64,000 nt of DNA from Perkinsus olseni (taxonomy: Eukaryota). The translations under genes and the position numbers were made by a program. The notes beneath the pieces were generated by a model. It had not been told where the DNA came from. It made no database searches and worked only from the letters and a program-made list of their open reading frames with translations. Within the stretch, counting starts at the first letter, position 1. Each line of letters starts with the position of its first letter. This document shows positions 12,640-27,691 of this stretch, in pieces. Where the stretch lies: NCBI GenBank assembly GCA_013115125.1, contig JABANN010000097.1, positions 1 to 64,000 of the forward strand, given 5' to 3'.

Positions 12640-14640
12640 TCGATAGGAACTGAGGATAAGAGCATATCTCAGGGGATATTCCTGAGCCAGCCTAGACCCT
12701 GACAGGGGCGAAAACGCTATATATTCGCTAACTTACCACCCGCAGGACCCTTAGGAGAGATGTCTGCCGTTGGACTTGTCATAATCGACAAGAAGTCAGA
12801 TGAACCCTGTCAAGGGAGAGACTGAGGGTAGCATTTCCCAAGATGTGGAATACCGACAAAGCCGCAGCCAATGGGGGATCACTGACGAACACAACACGCA
12901 TGTTACGGAACACCCTCGAGTAGAAGACATGATGTACACGGGCGGAAAGCCTCATGGATAATGACTATAGAGGGGTGTGCTTTCACATCGACACGGGTAC
13001 TTTCCTTAGGTTGCCATGGACTCCTGAATACAATCAACTACGATATCATACTCTCACCACGAATACCTTACCAAATGATGAAGCTGTCGCCGTAGCGCAG
13101 GCGATGTGGACGGCTGCTCGTCCAACTCCTCGTTGTCAGTATTCTCTACTACTACCGCCGCCGCCGCGGCTGCTGCTGCTGCTGCATGTGATCGTGTTTC
13201 TCCTAGCCCCTCGTCACCATCATTGGGCATAGACTCCTGAACACGATCTATGCTATCATACATTTCTATGACGACAACCTTACTAGATGATGGAGCTGCC
13301 GTCGTAGGGTAGCCGGTGTGGACGACTGCTCTTCCCCCTCCTCGTGAGTTGTGCTCTGTATTACTGCTGTTGCAGTGGTGACCTGTGCTGCTGTTTCTCC
13401 TAGCCCCTCGCCACCAACATTGGGCGTAGAATCCTATCAGGTATACTCCAACTCAGTCATCATCACTGCCAAACTGCCTACCACATGATGTAGCTGTCTA
13501 CGGAGCATCCTCTCAGGCTCGCTGGGCCCACCATCCTCAGACTGTAGGATATGACCATTACCATCACTATCGTCTCTCCCGTCCTATCACCCACGCCATC
13601 ATGCACCCCAATGCTTGCCTGCTCACCTCTGGAACATCATCATGTACTGAGTGGTCGACATTCACATCACTCCCTCTGCTGGAAGAATTATCTCCCCGAG
13701 AAGGAGGCGGAGACGGCTGCGGTGTCTGCCGTTCCTACAACAGCACTGTTCTAGACCGTGTGTCGTATCTTGCGCATTCCACACAATAGTAGACCTACCC
13801 TCGGCGGCACGATCGAAGGCGTCCGCTGGGACCTGGCCTTCGCGCTACGATTCGCCGACCGTCGTACTCTAACCCTCTCAGAGGGGCAGAGATCACCCAG
13901 GGGGCACTGAGACACCAGATGAGCTTTTCAATAGACTGCTGCAGCTGGTCCTGCATCAGCCCTTCCCAACGTACAGTGTCCATCACGTCAAGACACATGC
14001 GGCACTTCCGTTTCCACAACGCCCCACCTCGACGTTCCAATGCGCCCAAGACTTCTGGGGATAGATACTGAGGAGGGAGCCGTAGCACGTGTAAGTGATG
14101 TTCCCCTAGCATATGAACCTAGATGTATTCTAGTGATACCTTCATAGGCCATGTCTGCCCTCTAGTGGCTTCAGGAAGGGACCATCTACCCAATCGTACC
14201 GGTACCACTGAGGCAGTAGTAAGACTAATGACCCAAGACCAGCGAATACCCCGTCGAACACATCTCGCGATATAGGGCATCATACATTCATCACAACGTG
14301 ATCGATCGGCCTATCTCGTTAGATGCCACAAGGAACGCTCAGATGTCATTGCAAATCAGTTCACGGTACAATAGGGCTCCGCAATCGAAGTGAGTGTCTG
14401 GTCTTACAGCTTATCGTCATTTGTATGGGACTCCATTCTATACGGTTGCTGGGTACTCCTGCTACATGATGTGAGGTGACAGGTACGGTGGTGTAGTGAC
14501 GTCTACCACTCACTCTCGCCCCTACTGGCATATCGATACAATTCTTGCATCGCTCCGTTACAAGGGTTGGGGCAATAGCATTCATCAGCGAGTTGCGAAA
14601 GAGTCTGAGGTTCATAAGAACATGGCATAGCCATCACCAT
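12640..14640 (-). CDS. Hypothetical protein with tandemly duplicated exons (LRRQLHHL module)
   Basis: Coding-like exons (e.g. 13871-14112) and repeated exons ending LRRQLHH(L/V) followed by GT donors. Confidence 0.4.
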
Positions 14641-14866
14641 GGTCATCTTTGGCACTGGAGTTTCCCTCAATAAAAGCCGCCGTTAACCCACTAGGGACCC
14701 GAACTAGCCCAGATGCCCCCACAGACGCTCAGCCTCCTACGTGTAGCATGCTTCAGGCGCGCTGCTTCGGGCGCGCGCTACTAACGTAGCGTGATCGATC
14801 TGAAGTTTTAAAGGCCGTGCTGGTGCCTTCCCAACCTTCCTCCGTGGCTAAGGCTCTGCTACAACT

Positions 14867-15615
14867 ATGCGTTATACTTACGAACCTCGTAACCCCGCCA
14901 AGGCTGTCCGTGTTCGTGGATCTGATATCCGTGTTCACTACAAGAACACCTATGAGGTCTGCCAGGCCATCAAGGGTATGGGCCTCAAGGCTGCTCAGAC
15001 GTAATAATGACGGAAGGGGCTTCGTAATCGTCTTGGCTGATGTTCATTCTGTTCTTCTCGTCTCTATTATCGATACGTTGGTAGTGTAAGAGGAATCTGT
15101 ATCGTCATGAGCATCGTCGTTGGATGTGTAGTGCTTTTTCTTCAGTTACCTTGAGGACGTGATGGAGCACAAGCAGGTCGTGCCCTTCCGCAAGTTCTGC
15201 GGTGGTGTTGGCCGTACTGCCCAGGCTAAGGCCTTCAAGGCTACTCAGGGTCGCTGGCCCACTAAGTCTTGCAAGGTCGTCCTTGGCCTCCTCCGTCAGG
15301 CTGAAGCCAATGCTGACTACAAGGGTGTTGATGCCGAGAACATGACCCTCACTCACGTCCAGGTCAACGAGGCTCAGAGGGGTCGTCGTCGTACTTATCG
15401 TGCCCACGGTCGTATTGGACCCTACATGAACTCCCCTGCCAACATCGAGTTCGTCTTCGAACAGGATGACGAGACTGTTGAGAAGCCTGCCGAGTCCACT
15501 AGGGTAATAACAGTGGCTGGAGGGGCATCTAATCCGAATCATGTTATCGTCTTTTCAGATCGTCAAGTTCACCAAGAAGCAGTTCGCTAAGCGCCGTCTT
15601 CACATCGGTAACTAA
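14867..15615 (+). CDS. RPL17: 60S ribosomal protein L17 (uL22), 3 exons
   Basis: MRYTYEPRNPAKAVRVRGSDIRVHYKNTYE...GRWPTKS...RRTYRAHGRIGPYM...KRRLHIGN*. Introns at 15001-15145 and 15504-15558; strong codon bias. Confidence 0.95.
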
Positions 15616-15995
15616 ATTGAACAGCCTCCTCGTTGGTGTTGTAGCAGCCTTGACGGGTAATGATGCAACAGCAGTCCACAGCAGAGTTTCGGTGGTGCCT
15701 GAGCCTCTTGGATGCCGAGGAATATCACTTCTTGTTGTGTTCATAGTCAAATAACGAGGGCTAGCGGTATGGATAGGATGGAAGCATGCTGATGGATAAA
15801 AAGGTTAATCCCACGCAAGTTCCGTAACGGAATTGTACTGAACTTACGGTAAATGGGTATTGCTGAACTTCTTAACATGTCGAGTTCTATCCCATGATCG
15901 TTGATGGCGAATCAAGCCCGAACTAACGGCAACACAACAAGTTGGATGTAAAATGGTAACTCGAGAAAAAACTGTTAATGACCAAAACACCCTCA

Positions 15996-18900
15996 TCATT
16001 CATCATCAGAGGCCGCCTCTTCTTCCTCACTACTTCTCTCCTCGGTGACAGCGCATTTGGACATCGTCATCTTATACCTACCGTAAGAAGGCTCATCCTT
16101 ATTACACTACCCACTACAATAGTACCGCAACTGCCTCTGCTTCCTAATAAGCTCAAACTCATCTTTAGGAGCTGGGGATAAATTTTCTGATTCAACTCCT
16201 AACCTTGGCGTCTGCGTGCCTATCGTGTGGCACAGTCGCTGATTACTCCAAATACCATCATCATTACCCTCGTCCGAGTGTCTCTGTTCGGGTAGCTGTG
16301 GTACCGATAGGTCGATACCAACAGGCTGCTGCTGCTGAGTGGGTGAGGGTGACACAGTACTCCTATCTCGAGCAGCATCGGGTGTATCAGGATTTGATAC
16401 GGACTGGTCTGCCGCTGTGCCTTTATCAGTATCATCAACCACATCCTGGTACAGCATAAAACAGTATACACGCTGCGCCATGCTGCTGCAGCAGCAGCAG
16501 CAGCATTACATTAACACCCTCATCTCCCTCCTTCTTCTTCTCCTCCTCCTCCTTTGCGATCTTCTTCAAGGCCTCAGGAGCCTCAGGAGCAGCGTGGCCA
16601 GCGGGGATCTGAGATAGCCGGCAGTTCACTCTTACCCTTCACTGTCGTCAATGCTGCTACCGTGGACTCCACACTGCCTACACCTCTACTCTGTAATAAA
16701 GCACTCCAGTACCTTAACAACGTATGAACAAGAGCTTGGCATCTGGTGCATGCTGATTCACTTCTTCTCCTTCTCATAATATTCGACCATGTTCATGGCA
16801 TGCTTGATGGCCTCCTTCAACTGAGAGGCTGTTTCGATTCCCAATGCTGCTAGCAATGGTGATCCATCATCAGTAGCAGAGGCATCATTAGGCGGTATGA
16901 CTGGTAGATGGGTCATCGTCACTGTACCACCACCTACATCAATACTAGTAACCATCATCTCCCACCACTGTCATCACATACCTGGCAGCTGCACCGTCTT
17001 TGCAGAAGGCAGTATAGTTGGATCCTGCTTCGAGCCTCGACTGCTGCCGGTGCCGGCAGATCCCGCTTTAGGTGCTTCTCCGTCCGGTGTAGCCTGCGAA
17101 GGAGGACGATTGTAAATATCAACCTCCAGTGATGGTGATGACCTTAGAGCTCTCTGATTTCGATCCACTGGCCCCTCCTTCAGATTTCCCCGTGGTTGAA
17201 GGTTGTTGCTGTTGTTGGGTACCCTGTGCCTGATCTGTGCCTTCTTGAGGCTGTTCTTGTTGCCCTTGACGTCTGGCCTCGGCCGCATCAGCAGCGGCGT
17301 CACGCGGAGGCTGAGACCAAGGAGGCATCACTACGAGATCGGGATAAAGACGTATACTACCATATGAGTGGGTATCTCTGCCCTGCACGTAGGGCATACT
17401 TGTTGCATCACTAGCCATGACTTGAGGCAGTCGATATGGAATCTAGGAGCATCACGTGACCAATGTCGGCATCATTATTCTACTTACACATGCCCACAGG
17501 GTAGCCTCTTGCTTCCTTCCCACAGCTTGTCCCGGCATATGATACACGTATCTTGTGTCTCCAACTCCTCTTGAGTAGCATCCGGGAATCTGAGCGGGTA
17601 CATGCTAGAAGCAGCCGAGAGAGATGGACGACAAAGGTCGTATACGCTGAGCGTATTACGCTCCACTCCGTAAATACCCCACCATTCTCCAAAAATCGAC
17701 AGAGCACTTCGTAAGCTCTCGAGCGCTTCTTGAGACAAGGCGCCATACTAATGCTAATTCGGATTGATGAATACTGATACTTCAACGGGTTGTAGTGCAT
17801 ATTGGTATGATACCCCAGCGAGAGCTCCCGTGGGAGTAAGCCACCAAAGTAGGACTACTACCTCTCCTCCATGTTAGCAGTGATGGCCCTGTATTTCCTC
17901 AGACTGTACAGTCTAGACACCAACTGCCTAGCTATCTGCAGTATATCAGCCAGAGCGTAGAAGGGCAGACGAGTGGGGTTTTGTGACAGGAATACCATCA
18001 TGAAGCACTAAGAGGAATCATGTATCATTACCACTATGCGTGTATGCTCACTACCAGGTATGTCGTCATCTGTCCAACATCTCCCCACAAATCCACATGG
18101 AATATGAACTGTGTCTTGCCAGTCCATCCATGCTCCAACCTCATGTCCACGAGATGAATGATGAATTTGGTGAGAGTTGTCACTGTGGAACGTAGTGCCG
18201 CCGTAGTAGCGTACAGTAGTCTTACTTACATGCAGTCAATCCCATGGTTACTGCCTCGAATAGACACCAAGTGTAGAATGACGAGTGGGCACTCGAGAGC
18301 TCGTAGAAGGTTGCTGAAGGCGCACTACTGCAGTACCACGTGCAGCAGTTGGTAGTACTATTATTACATATTCCTATTATGTCCACAGTACCGCATAAGA
18401 AGATCAATCCAGCTAGTCTTAATAGGGAGGAGAAACTAGTGAACCCAAGCTCGAAGATCTGACGAGATAGGATCATGCCTGATGCCTGCCACGGCCGCAC
18501 TGAGTCTTACATGCCCAACCCGTATCTGTGCCACTAGATGGAATACTTTGCAGCATATAGCAAGGCACACATACTTAATAAGCTCGACTGTATTCACCTC
18601 CTAAGGAGAACAAAGGTGATGGCACAGGAGTGGCGGACTCTCTTCCTTACCCTGTCATTGATGGTAGGTGAGTAGAAGACCAGAAATAATATAGTATCCG
18701 CGACAAAGCCTCGACCCGAATCGATTAGTTGCTGAGTTGAGTATTGCTGCAGCCAGTGCTGGGAGGCGAGGTTATTACTTCAACTTCCAAGTCACGTAGG
18801 TGCCCTACGAACAGCCGTAGGAGCAGTTTATTGACGAGTACTAGTAGACCAAAAGCAAAGTTGTAGATTATCTAAGAGGGAAGAGACAATCGTTGATGAT

Positions 18901-19132
18901 GCAGTTAATTTAGGCATCCTTCTTCTCACCGCCAATGATATCTTATCCTGGGATAGGTGAACTACGACCGGATAGAACTGTTCGAACTGGAGGGCTGCAT
19001 GTAGGACACTGAATACTAGTACCTAGTATAGACGGGAGATGATACTGCTTATGATGTGATGATGAGTATTACCCCAGTGCTGAGCAGGAAGTAGGCTGTG
19101 AAAGAGATATGCATCTTGGGAAGATAAGGCAT
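15996..19132 (-). CDS. HRD1: HRD1/synoviolin-like ERAD E3 ubiquitin ligase (N-terminal TM region, RING-H2)
   Basis: N-terminal QFYPVVVHLSQ and LFVGHLRDLEVE; RFPDATQEELETQDTCIICRDKLWEGSKRLPCGHV RING; low-complexity C-terminus. Confidence 0.85.
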
Positions 19133-19209
19133 GAGCACACCTATCGCATGGTATCCCTCACTACCAACCCAACACAGTTAGGATAAATGAACCAACTTGA
19201 CGTAATCAT

Positions 19210-20238
19210 TTCGTTAGAATCGTGAATACTATAAGTCAAAGAAACTGTTCTTGAAAGGATTGGCCTTAGCCTTGGGCTTAGTACGGCTAGTGCTGCGTAA
19301 AGCATCCCTGGCCTTATTCAATGTACTTGCAGGCCTTGATGCATTCAATAGAGAACCTACGATAATCTTTCATCCAAGCCAGATACAGTGGGCATGATAC
19401 TACTTTTGTTCTTCTTTTTATTTTTCACTTTAGCCTTCGGCTGCTGCGGCTTCTGCTGCTGACTCTCCGTTTTCGGTAGCTTCAGTACCAACTTTTCTGA
19501 TGTGTCACCCTGTGCAGTACCAGTAGTCTCAGTTATCATAGCAGGAGTGACCTGAGCCGGATTACACTGGGGACGGCATCAGAACACGTCCTAGTATTTG
19601 GGACACTATAGGGCCACTCGGATACCGCTACTCACTGCTTGGAAGTGTCACTATGATCGTGGACAGCCACGAACGGTATAATTGGGAGCACGAATCTTGC
19701 TGTATTACCTCCGCTTCAGTGACATCTGGGTCCACTCTACCACAGTCTACTATAGTCTTCCCGCTACAGATACCACACGTGTATTCAACACATACACCAC
19801 CACCATCAAGCTTCCGTCGCCCCTTACCACCACACCGATGTACCGATACCGAACGAGTGGTTATAGTCGGTATGAGGACAGCACAGCAATGAGCACAATA
19901 CCTGCAGCAAGCTGCTGTCTTCTACGTCTTTCAATATCTAGTACCTCTCTTTGAACTCATCGTGTAGTTCAATATCGTATCGTCTAGCATGCCTGTACAT
20001 CTCCCGACCTGCATGCCTCGATACCTGCTACCACAGTCATCAAGCAGGCAATATATGTCCTAGTGATACTACTATTGGCTCATCCAAGGCTAACCGCTGT
20101 GAGACTGAAGCAAGGAACGCGAGAGTTTCCATCCTCAGGCCTCTACTATCAGTGCCGCTAGCTGGTGCCGATGCTGCCAGAGACATTACTGAGGTGAAAA
20201 GCACCTTCAAGAAGTGACTCTCTCGTCCCGATACTCAT
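19210..20238 (-). CDS. Hypothetical protein (spliced)
   Basis: Coding-like exons (METLAFLASVSQRLALDEP; EMYRHARRYDIELHDEFKE; Lys/Gln-rich C-terminus) flanked by GT-AG sites. Confidence 0.35.
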
Positions 20239-21374
20239 AAACTACAACACAATGACTGATGGCACCCAACAGCAGCACAGGAATGATAATGACACTAACC
20301 ATGAAGTTAACTGGCAAGGAAGCCTAATTCTACTACTTCTCCCATGTGAAGCGTTTAGAAGTCGAGAAGGACCACTTGGGAGGTCTATGAATATACCCAT
20401 CCGTGTATACCCCATACCTGCAGCAACGTGGCAGTGTAAGGCGAGGGGCACGGCAGTCCTTACCTATATGCTGCTGGACCAGGTGAGATATCTCGGACGA
20501 AACCTCTGGCCGGATCAAAGGCTCGTCGAGGTTGCATGCTCCACTGAGGAGCCCCTAGAACCAATAATAGGCCTCCATACTACACGGAAGCACATTACAT
20601 ATAGGCCCCTTAGCTGTGCAGTTTTCCGGTCGATACTGCCCGATACCCGGCCCTATAGAAGACCCTAGCACCCATCTCGATCTAGGATATGATAATTACC
20701 TATGCTCTTGGATTTAGGAGGGGCTTGGCGCCCAGTCATAGTCCACTGAGGATTCCTCAACAGGTTGATTGGTCCCGGCCTAGTGACAGCAGAATGGCGC
20801 TGCTCGCCTCAGCAGCCGGATATTACGTATAAGCCCCTGGGCCAGGGTTCCTGCACATGGCGGGGTCTCGAGAGGCCCCCATGAACTTGCACAGTCGGGG
20901 TTTAGTTATAGTAGGATGGTCCATCGTAACGGTACTGCCTGCAAGAAAACCGCTGCAACATACTAGTACTTGTACGACGTTGATGAGCACCTATAGTGTA
21001 GTCAGCTGGCCCGGGCCTCTTCTCCTTAGACGCAGGATCGACCGTCCGTGGCCGAAGGGAGTATCTTGACAAGTATTGAGACTGGCAGAGGCGAGTAGGG
21101 CCTTACACTGGGTTCTGTCTAGCAGTAGCACGATAGCAATGGGATAGGTCAGGTGATAGGGAGTCCGTGTAGCACATGGTAGGTCTGCTGGACAGATGCT
21201 ACACCCTTCCACGGACAGCATTTACTACCTGATCTGTGCTCCAAAGGACGTCTTCTGTCGCATACTCCATTTAGGGGCCTCCTTGTGTGTCTTCCTATAC
21301 CCTCTTTCTAGACTGGATAATGTTGGCATTGATGCCGTCCTAGACGGCCCCTCCTTCTCCCTTTCGACAGGCAT
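20214..21374 (-). CDS. SHIPPO/ODF3-like PG-rich repeat (flagellar) protein
   Basis: Repeats RPGPADY, NPGPGAY, GPGIGQY, SPGPAAY alternating with APKWSM, PQWTM, APQWSM, PPKWSF. Confidence 0.7.
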
Positions 21375-21552
21375 TTCATATGCCGACGATAAACTCAACT
21401 GGATGAGCCGCTGGGGCGAGCGCTCAATGACCTTGGCGGAGCGAAGGCGCGGCTCGACTCACAAAATCTTCAGAAGAAGTGATAGGTCAGTGGTGATAGG
21501 ATGATTCGTTATGTCTAATTTACCAGGTTGTGGTTGTTGGTTTGATCCTGAT

Positions 21553-22180
21553 ATGATACGTTTCGTATTGGTACAGAACAGGCAAGGGAAAACACGCCTA
21601 TCCAAATGGTATGTACCGTACAATGCAGCTGAGAAGAATAAAGTAGAAGGTGAGATACACCGGGCTGTGGTGTCAAGGGACAACCGGTAATAATAGGATG
21701 CTGGGAGAGAGGAGGACAAGGCTGTTGACAGGTCGACTAACTTCCTGGAGTACCGCAACTACAAGATCATATATCGCCGATATGCCGGACTGTTCTTCAG
21801 TTTCTGCGTGGATGTCAATGATAATGAGGTATCTTCTTCTTTGCCCTAGACTATTCTGTGTAGACCCTTCTTCAACCTCAGATGTGCGTATTAGAGCTCA
21901 TCCATCTATTTGTGGAGGTATTGGACGGCTACTTCGGTAATGTATGTGAATTGGATCTAGTGTTCCATTTTGATAAGGTAATTCCAATCTTCCCAGCAGT
22001 CCTGCTGTTACTACTATTACCGCCACAGGTGTATCACATACTGGATGAGCTGTTGCTGGATGGTGAGATAGAGGATACTAGTTCGACTGCGGTAGGAGCG
22101 GCCACTCCCAGAGGGCCTCTAACAAAGATATCCCGCTTTAGATACTGGAGAAGCTTCGTCAGTCCGATAAGCTTGATTGA
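21553..22180 (+). CDS. AP2S1: AP-2 complex subunit sigma
   Basis: [73 protein letters not shown]; 5 exons. Confidence 0.92.
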
Positions 22181-22334
22181 TTACCAATTTTTACAAGCAT
22201 GCTGCCAGTACTACCAGCGCTGTGCAACTGTCCGCAAACAGTACAGTTTCATACTAATGTTACATTTCCCTATGCCTTCACCTGTTGCGTTCACAGTTAT
22301 CTCATCCCCCCATTCTGAGCAGCTTCCATCCACT

Positions 22335-23554
22335 ATGCCGGGAGTATCGTTATCTCCGGCTGTGACCCCCACCCCAGCAGCATTACAGCAGTTCGTCATA
22401 CTCGCCAGCTCTACTACTGGCCAAGGTACTATTAGGCTCATACAGGAGGTAATAATCTACCGGATCTGCACCATCGGCGGTATCACCAGCCCTCGCCGCC
22501 CAGGTGCTATCACATAAATCTATATACGTTTTTGGTGAGCTACTTGATGTACCTAGCGTCAAGGAGGTAGTAGCAAGGGCTTGGTATCGTCACGTCCCGA
22601 CTGGTATGCTCTGCTAAAACCCCTCAGTTAGCTGATAGCAGTGATACTACTGCCAAGGGATGGTATACTGTACTAGAGTTATTCGCCTATGGTGGGACTA
22701 TCGAGGACTATAAGGGCAAGAGTAATACCATCCTTTACGGCTCAAGTCATGGCGATCGTCCTACTCCAGGCACTTCATTACCATCCCTCAGCCCAGCACA
22801 GTATAGGAAACTTCAGCTCTTGACTTTACGATCCCTAGCGGCGAAGAGGTGATTCTGCCGCCGCGATCGGCATAAAGGTTGATACTGAGCTTATCGCAGT
22901 GCTAATGGCGATCTGCCCTACGCTGATGTCAAACAAGCACTCCATCTACAGCATGATAATGAGGTGGAAGAGGCTGTTGTTGAGGCAATGGATGCAGCTA
23001 TATTGGTAGTAGTCACAATATATATATAGTACCATCCGTAGCGTAACCACCTTAGGATTGCACGCTGGACCCCTTGCACAGTACCGTTCGGGTAGGATCG
23101 GTTGCTGGACGGGACATACCCCTACAGCCCGAATCCATGGCCAATCTAGCGGAGGTGGTGGTAGCAATGTGCATTACAGCAGAGGCTATCGTGTATCATT
23201 CAGGCTTTGCGGCGGTTCCTTCACCATTCCAAGTCGGTGTCTCGGCAAATCACTAAGCCTGATGAGACGAATGATGAAGTTATCAGAAAACTAGCTATGG
23301 TAGTAGCAGTCCTTCCCGCTGATCGGAAGTGTTGGTGTTATTGCTAGTGCACTTAGTTAACCAAGCGATTGGAGGCATTCAGGCAGTCTATGGATGACCA
23401 TAAGCGGTTTGTAGATGAGGCCAACTCCATTAAAGGTCCTTTCTCTACTCCTTGGTCGCGCTACATACCACAATTCCCAGGTGTCACGGATCGTCAACCC
23501 CCTGCTCCTGCTAGTAGCAGTAGCGGCACTGCTACAGCATCTTCCCGACGGTAA
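22335..23554 (+). CDS. COP9 signalosome subunit 7-like PCI-domain protein
   Basis: [62 protein letters not shown]. Confidence 0.75.
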
Positions 23555-23651
23555 CCATGCCGATACTGAGTTTCTATTTAACAAAGTTTTGTATTAGAGT
23601 TTTGCTACTATCTAGTGTGCTCGTTCTCTGTTCCTATCCTCCCATCATTCC

Positions 23652-26150
23652 ATGTTATACTACCGCTGCCTCCTCCTCCTCCTCCTCCTCTCCATCGGCT
23701 ATCTACTCTACCTGGTCGATGCGGCTCCACGGCGGAGACAGGTTGGGTCACTGCATACTCTGTGAATAGTATTGGCCATAGGTTGCTATATGGACAGACG
23801 TCCAGAATATTATAGTCAGCAAGGGGCGTCTCATCCCTGACTTCAATGGGTATCCATGCTTTACCTTAGGCTAATCACGTGCTACACTCTTAGGTCGGTA
23901 TATTTCTATTCGCTGCACCTATGGCCATCGGTGGAGTCGATATTGATGAGTATCCAGCTTAACACTACCAAATATGGCATGGAGACAGAGTTCACAAGCC
24001 CTTCGATATACATACAGGGTCATCATCAGTCTGAGCGTCCAATAGTCATCCCACTCTAGCGTGTCTAAGGTCAGTCCGTCCATGACTACACTCCCCTGGA
24101 GCCGATACAGCATAAAGTGATGCTTAACCATACAGCAGAGGCAATTGATATGGAGATATCAGTAGTGCCTTTAGAATGGTAGTGGGGGCATTCATACGGC
24201 TAGGTGCTATTAATAGATCCACTCAACGACGGTTGGCTCAGAAAGGCTCGTAGTGAATACATAATAAGAATAAAGAAGCCTCCTAATGTAGCCATGCCAT
24301 CATTACTTCGGCTACGTCTCTCGACCGTAGCTCAGCCGTCTGCTAGCCATTAATGGACTATCACTGTATGACGAATCGGGGGATCTCATTCCGGTCTTGG
24401 CCGAGGAAATCTGCCCCGCCTCAGCATCACCAATACCCCGGTATGTAGCAGTGGTTGAGGTAGTAGCATTACCATCTCGTAGGCCCTCACGGGGCACTGT
24501 GCTTTCATCAGCATCGTGTATCGGCTGTCTATGTGTTCCCTGAGTGCAGCACTCATGCCAGTGGATTCATGATAGATGGTGTAGAGGCCAGAGTCGGGAG
24601 TGGATATAAAATCGATATGGATGAGTACGGAGCGACAGTTAGGATAGTTCTCATAGTGGTCTTCCCCACCGGCCTGCCTGCATGCTCAGGAACGGATTTT
24701 CTTTGTGTCCTGCTTCCATAGGAGCTCCCAGTACACCAATGGCAGTCGGGTAGGTTGGCTGGACTGGGCTGGTTACGGTGGGGCCCGGGCTTCTAGGTGG
24801 AGCACTCATCCATCATGCTCGCTATTTATCGGAACTTATCGCCTATCGATAGGCGTGATGTATCGGTGGCCCTGCAGGACTCGGAGGGCGGTAGATGTAG
24901 TATTGGGGATGGTCATTCCTCATCTCATCGCCGGCCGTAGGTAGTACGTCCTTACCGCCTGGGGCGCACTCTCAGGGGGACATATACTGCCTAGCAACCA
25001 CCGATGTTGTACACTTTACATTTACGTACCCATCACGAGGGGGTAGTGCGCATGCTCATCAATAGTGGAGACCGCTAGTGGGCCCTGTATCAGGCACTCA
25101 AGTAGGCCAACTTGTAGGGATGATGGACCCGCTTGAAGTGATACCCGAGGTACCCACTGATGGTAGGTTATTAATCACGCGTAAGTCACTACTCCTTGTG
25201 CCGTCTCGGCATCAGCCATAACACTGCGATATCCGACCTCTACCACCTTTAAGTTGGTCCTCCCGTTTGCTTCTCCACTGCAGCCCGACCATACCACCTT
25301 GATAATAGTAGTGTACAGGAATGGATCATCTACAGGTTGGAATTGCCTCCACCATCACAGTGTTCCATCATTCCCGTAGGCCCGCCCGTTACCTCGTCCT
25401 CGGCTCTGCTGCTGTCAACTACGACCTTCACTTCGGATCAACGCGGGACAACTCAATCACCAGCCACAACAACAACAACAATAACAAGAACAAGAACAAC
25501 ATCAACAACGCTGGAGCCCTCAGCGACATCAACTCACCCTATCAATACCACTATTACGACACCACATACAAGTGGTCCAGATCTTACTTCGGCTGTTGGA
25601 CCATCTACTACTACAACCATCACATCATTCTCCGGAGAGGCTCCCACTGCCACCACAAGACCTCCTCCTCGGTCCAGCGCCGGATGGTGGGATACGGGGG
25701 AGACCACACTGTACTGCTAGGGGCCATATCATCGCCGCCTTACCCCCTGGTCAGTTGGCCTAATTACCCTACATCGGGTGAGCCAACACTAAGGCTCAGC
25801 TGCATGGACGCAGCTGGATGCCGATGTGCTCTGCTAGATGGATACTTCTACTTTTGCGTCGTCCTGGATGAGGTGATCGCTTTACTACCGCCCCACGGTA
25901 CGATCCTCGCAGGTAGAAACAGTCCAGCTGATTGCAACCCTGCAGACATCGGAGGAAGGGGAAGATGGGCGTCGAGTGGGTGTGGTAGGCGACTGTCCAT
26001 TATATAGCAGCTTCCTCGCCTAGGTTGGCCAAGTTACCCTACTTGATGATGCTGGCAAGGTTGTTGTGACTAGTTTCCGGCCTGGAGAAGTTACCGACGA
26101 AGTCAGTATACCAGTAGGCTCACCACCCTTCACCAGTACCAATACCTCAT
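23652..26150 (+). CDS. Putative secreted/surface protein with Thr/Ser/Pro-rich mucin-like stalk
   Basis: Signal-peptide-like start [24 protein letters not shown]; many short exons; Thr-rich frame at ~25380-25700. Confidence 0.45.
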
Positions 26151-26300
26151 CCATCTCAGCGTGTTCCCTATCACCGAATGATTGTCCGCCTCGAATCGTA
26201 CTCACCTCATGATCATCCTCATGGCATATTCGATGCCTTCATATCGACTAAGTATTGTACCCGTCCTCCGTCCCTCACTAAGCTTTCATCACCCTAGGCT

Positions 26301-26354
<54 letters not shown>
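26301..26354. repeat. (ATC)n microsatellite
   Basis: About 18 perfect ATC units. Confidence 0.95.
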
Positions 26355-26712
26355 GTCGACTCGGCTGGTAGAGGATTACCCTCTCATGTTCGTCCGTGCT
26401 AAGGATTGGAGCCATGGTCTGCATGCATACCAGCGTATCATCTCCCCGCCCTCCCGGACCATCCCTCCAACACAGTCTCCGGCGTAAACCCTTATCTCGC
26501 CCAATCCGGTATCTCTCACCGCAGATACATCATTCCGGAGGCTACGCCGAGCTATTAGTATCGAGACCCCGTTTGCTAGTGTCGTTGCATGCCACCAGTT
26601 GACTCAATCTAATAGTTCCTCTCTCTTATTTGGCCTGTGTAGTGTTGAGTGGAGGCTAGCAGTGGGTGCAGTGTTAAATCGTAGTAGATTGTTTTCACGC
26701 CCCATCATCAGC

Positions 26713-27691
<979 letters not shown>

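Noticed and set aside
22728-22746. CCATCCTTTACGGCTCAAG resembling a relic spliced leader (also CCGTGGCTAAG upstream of RPL17)
   Set aside because: The match needs indels and the first lies inside a gene; compatible with chance.
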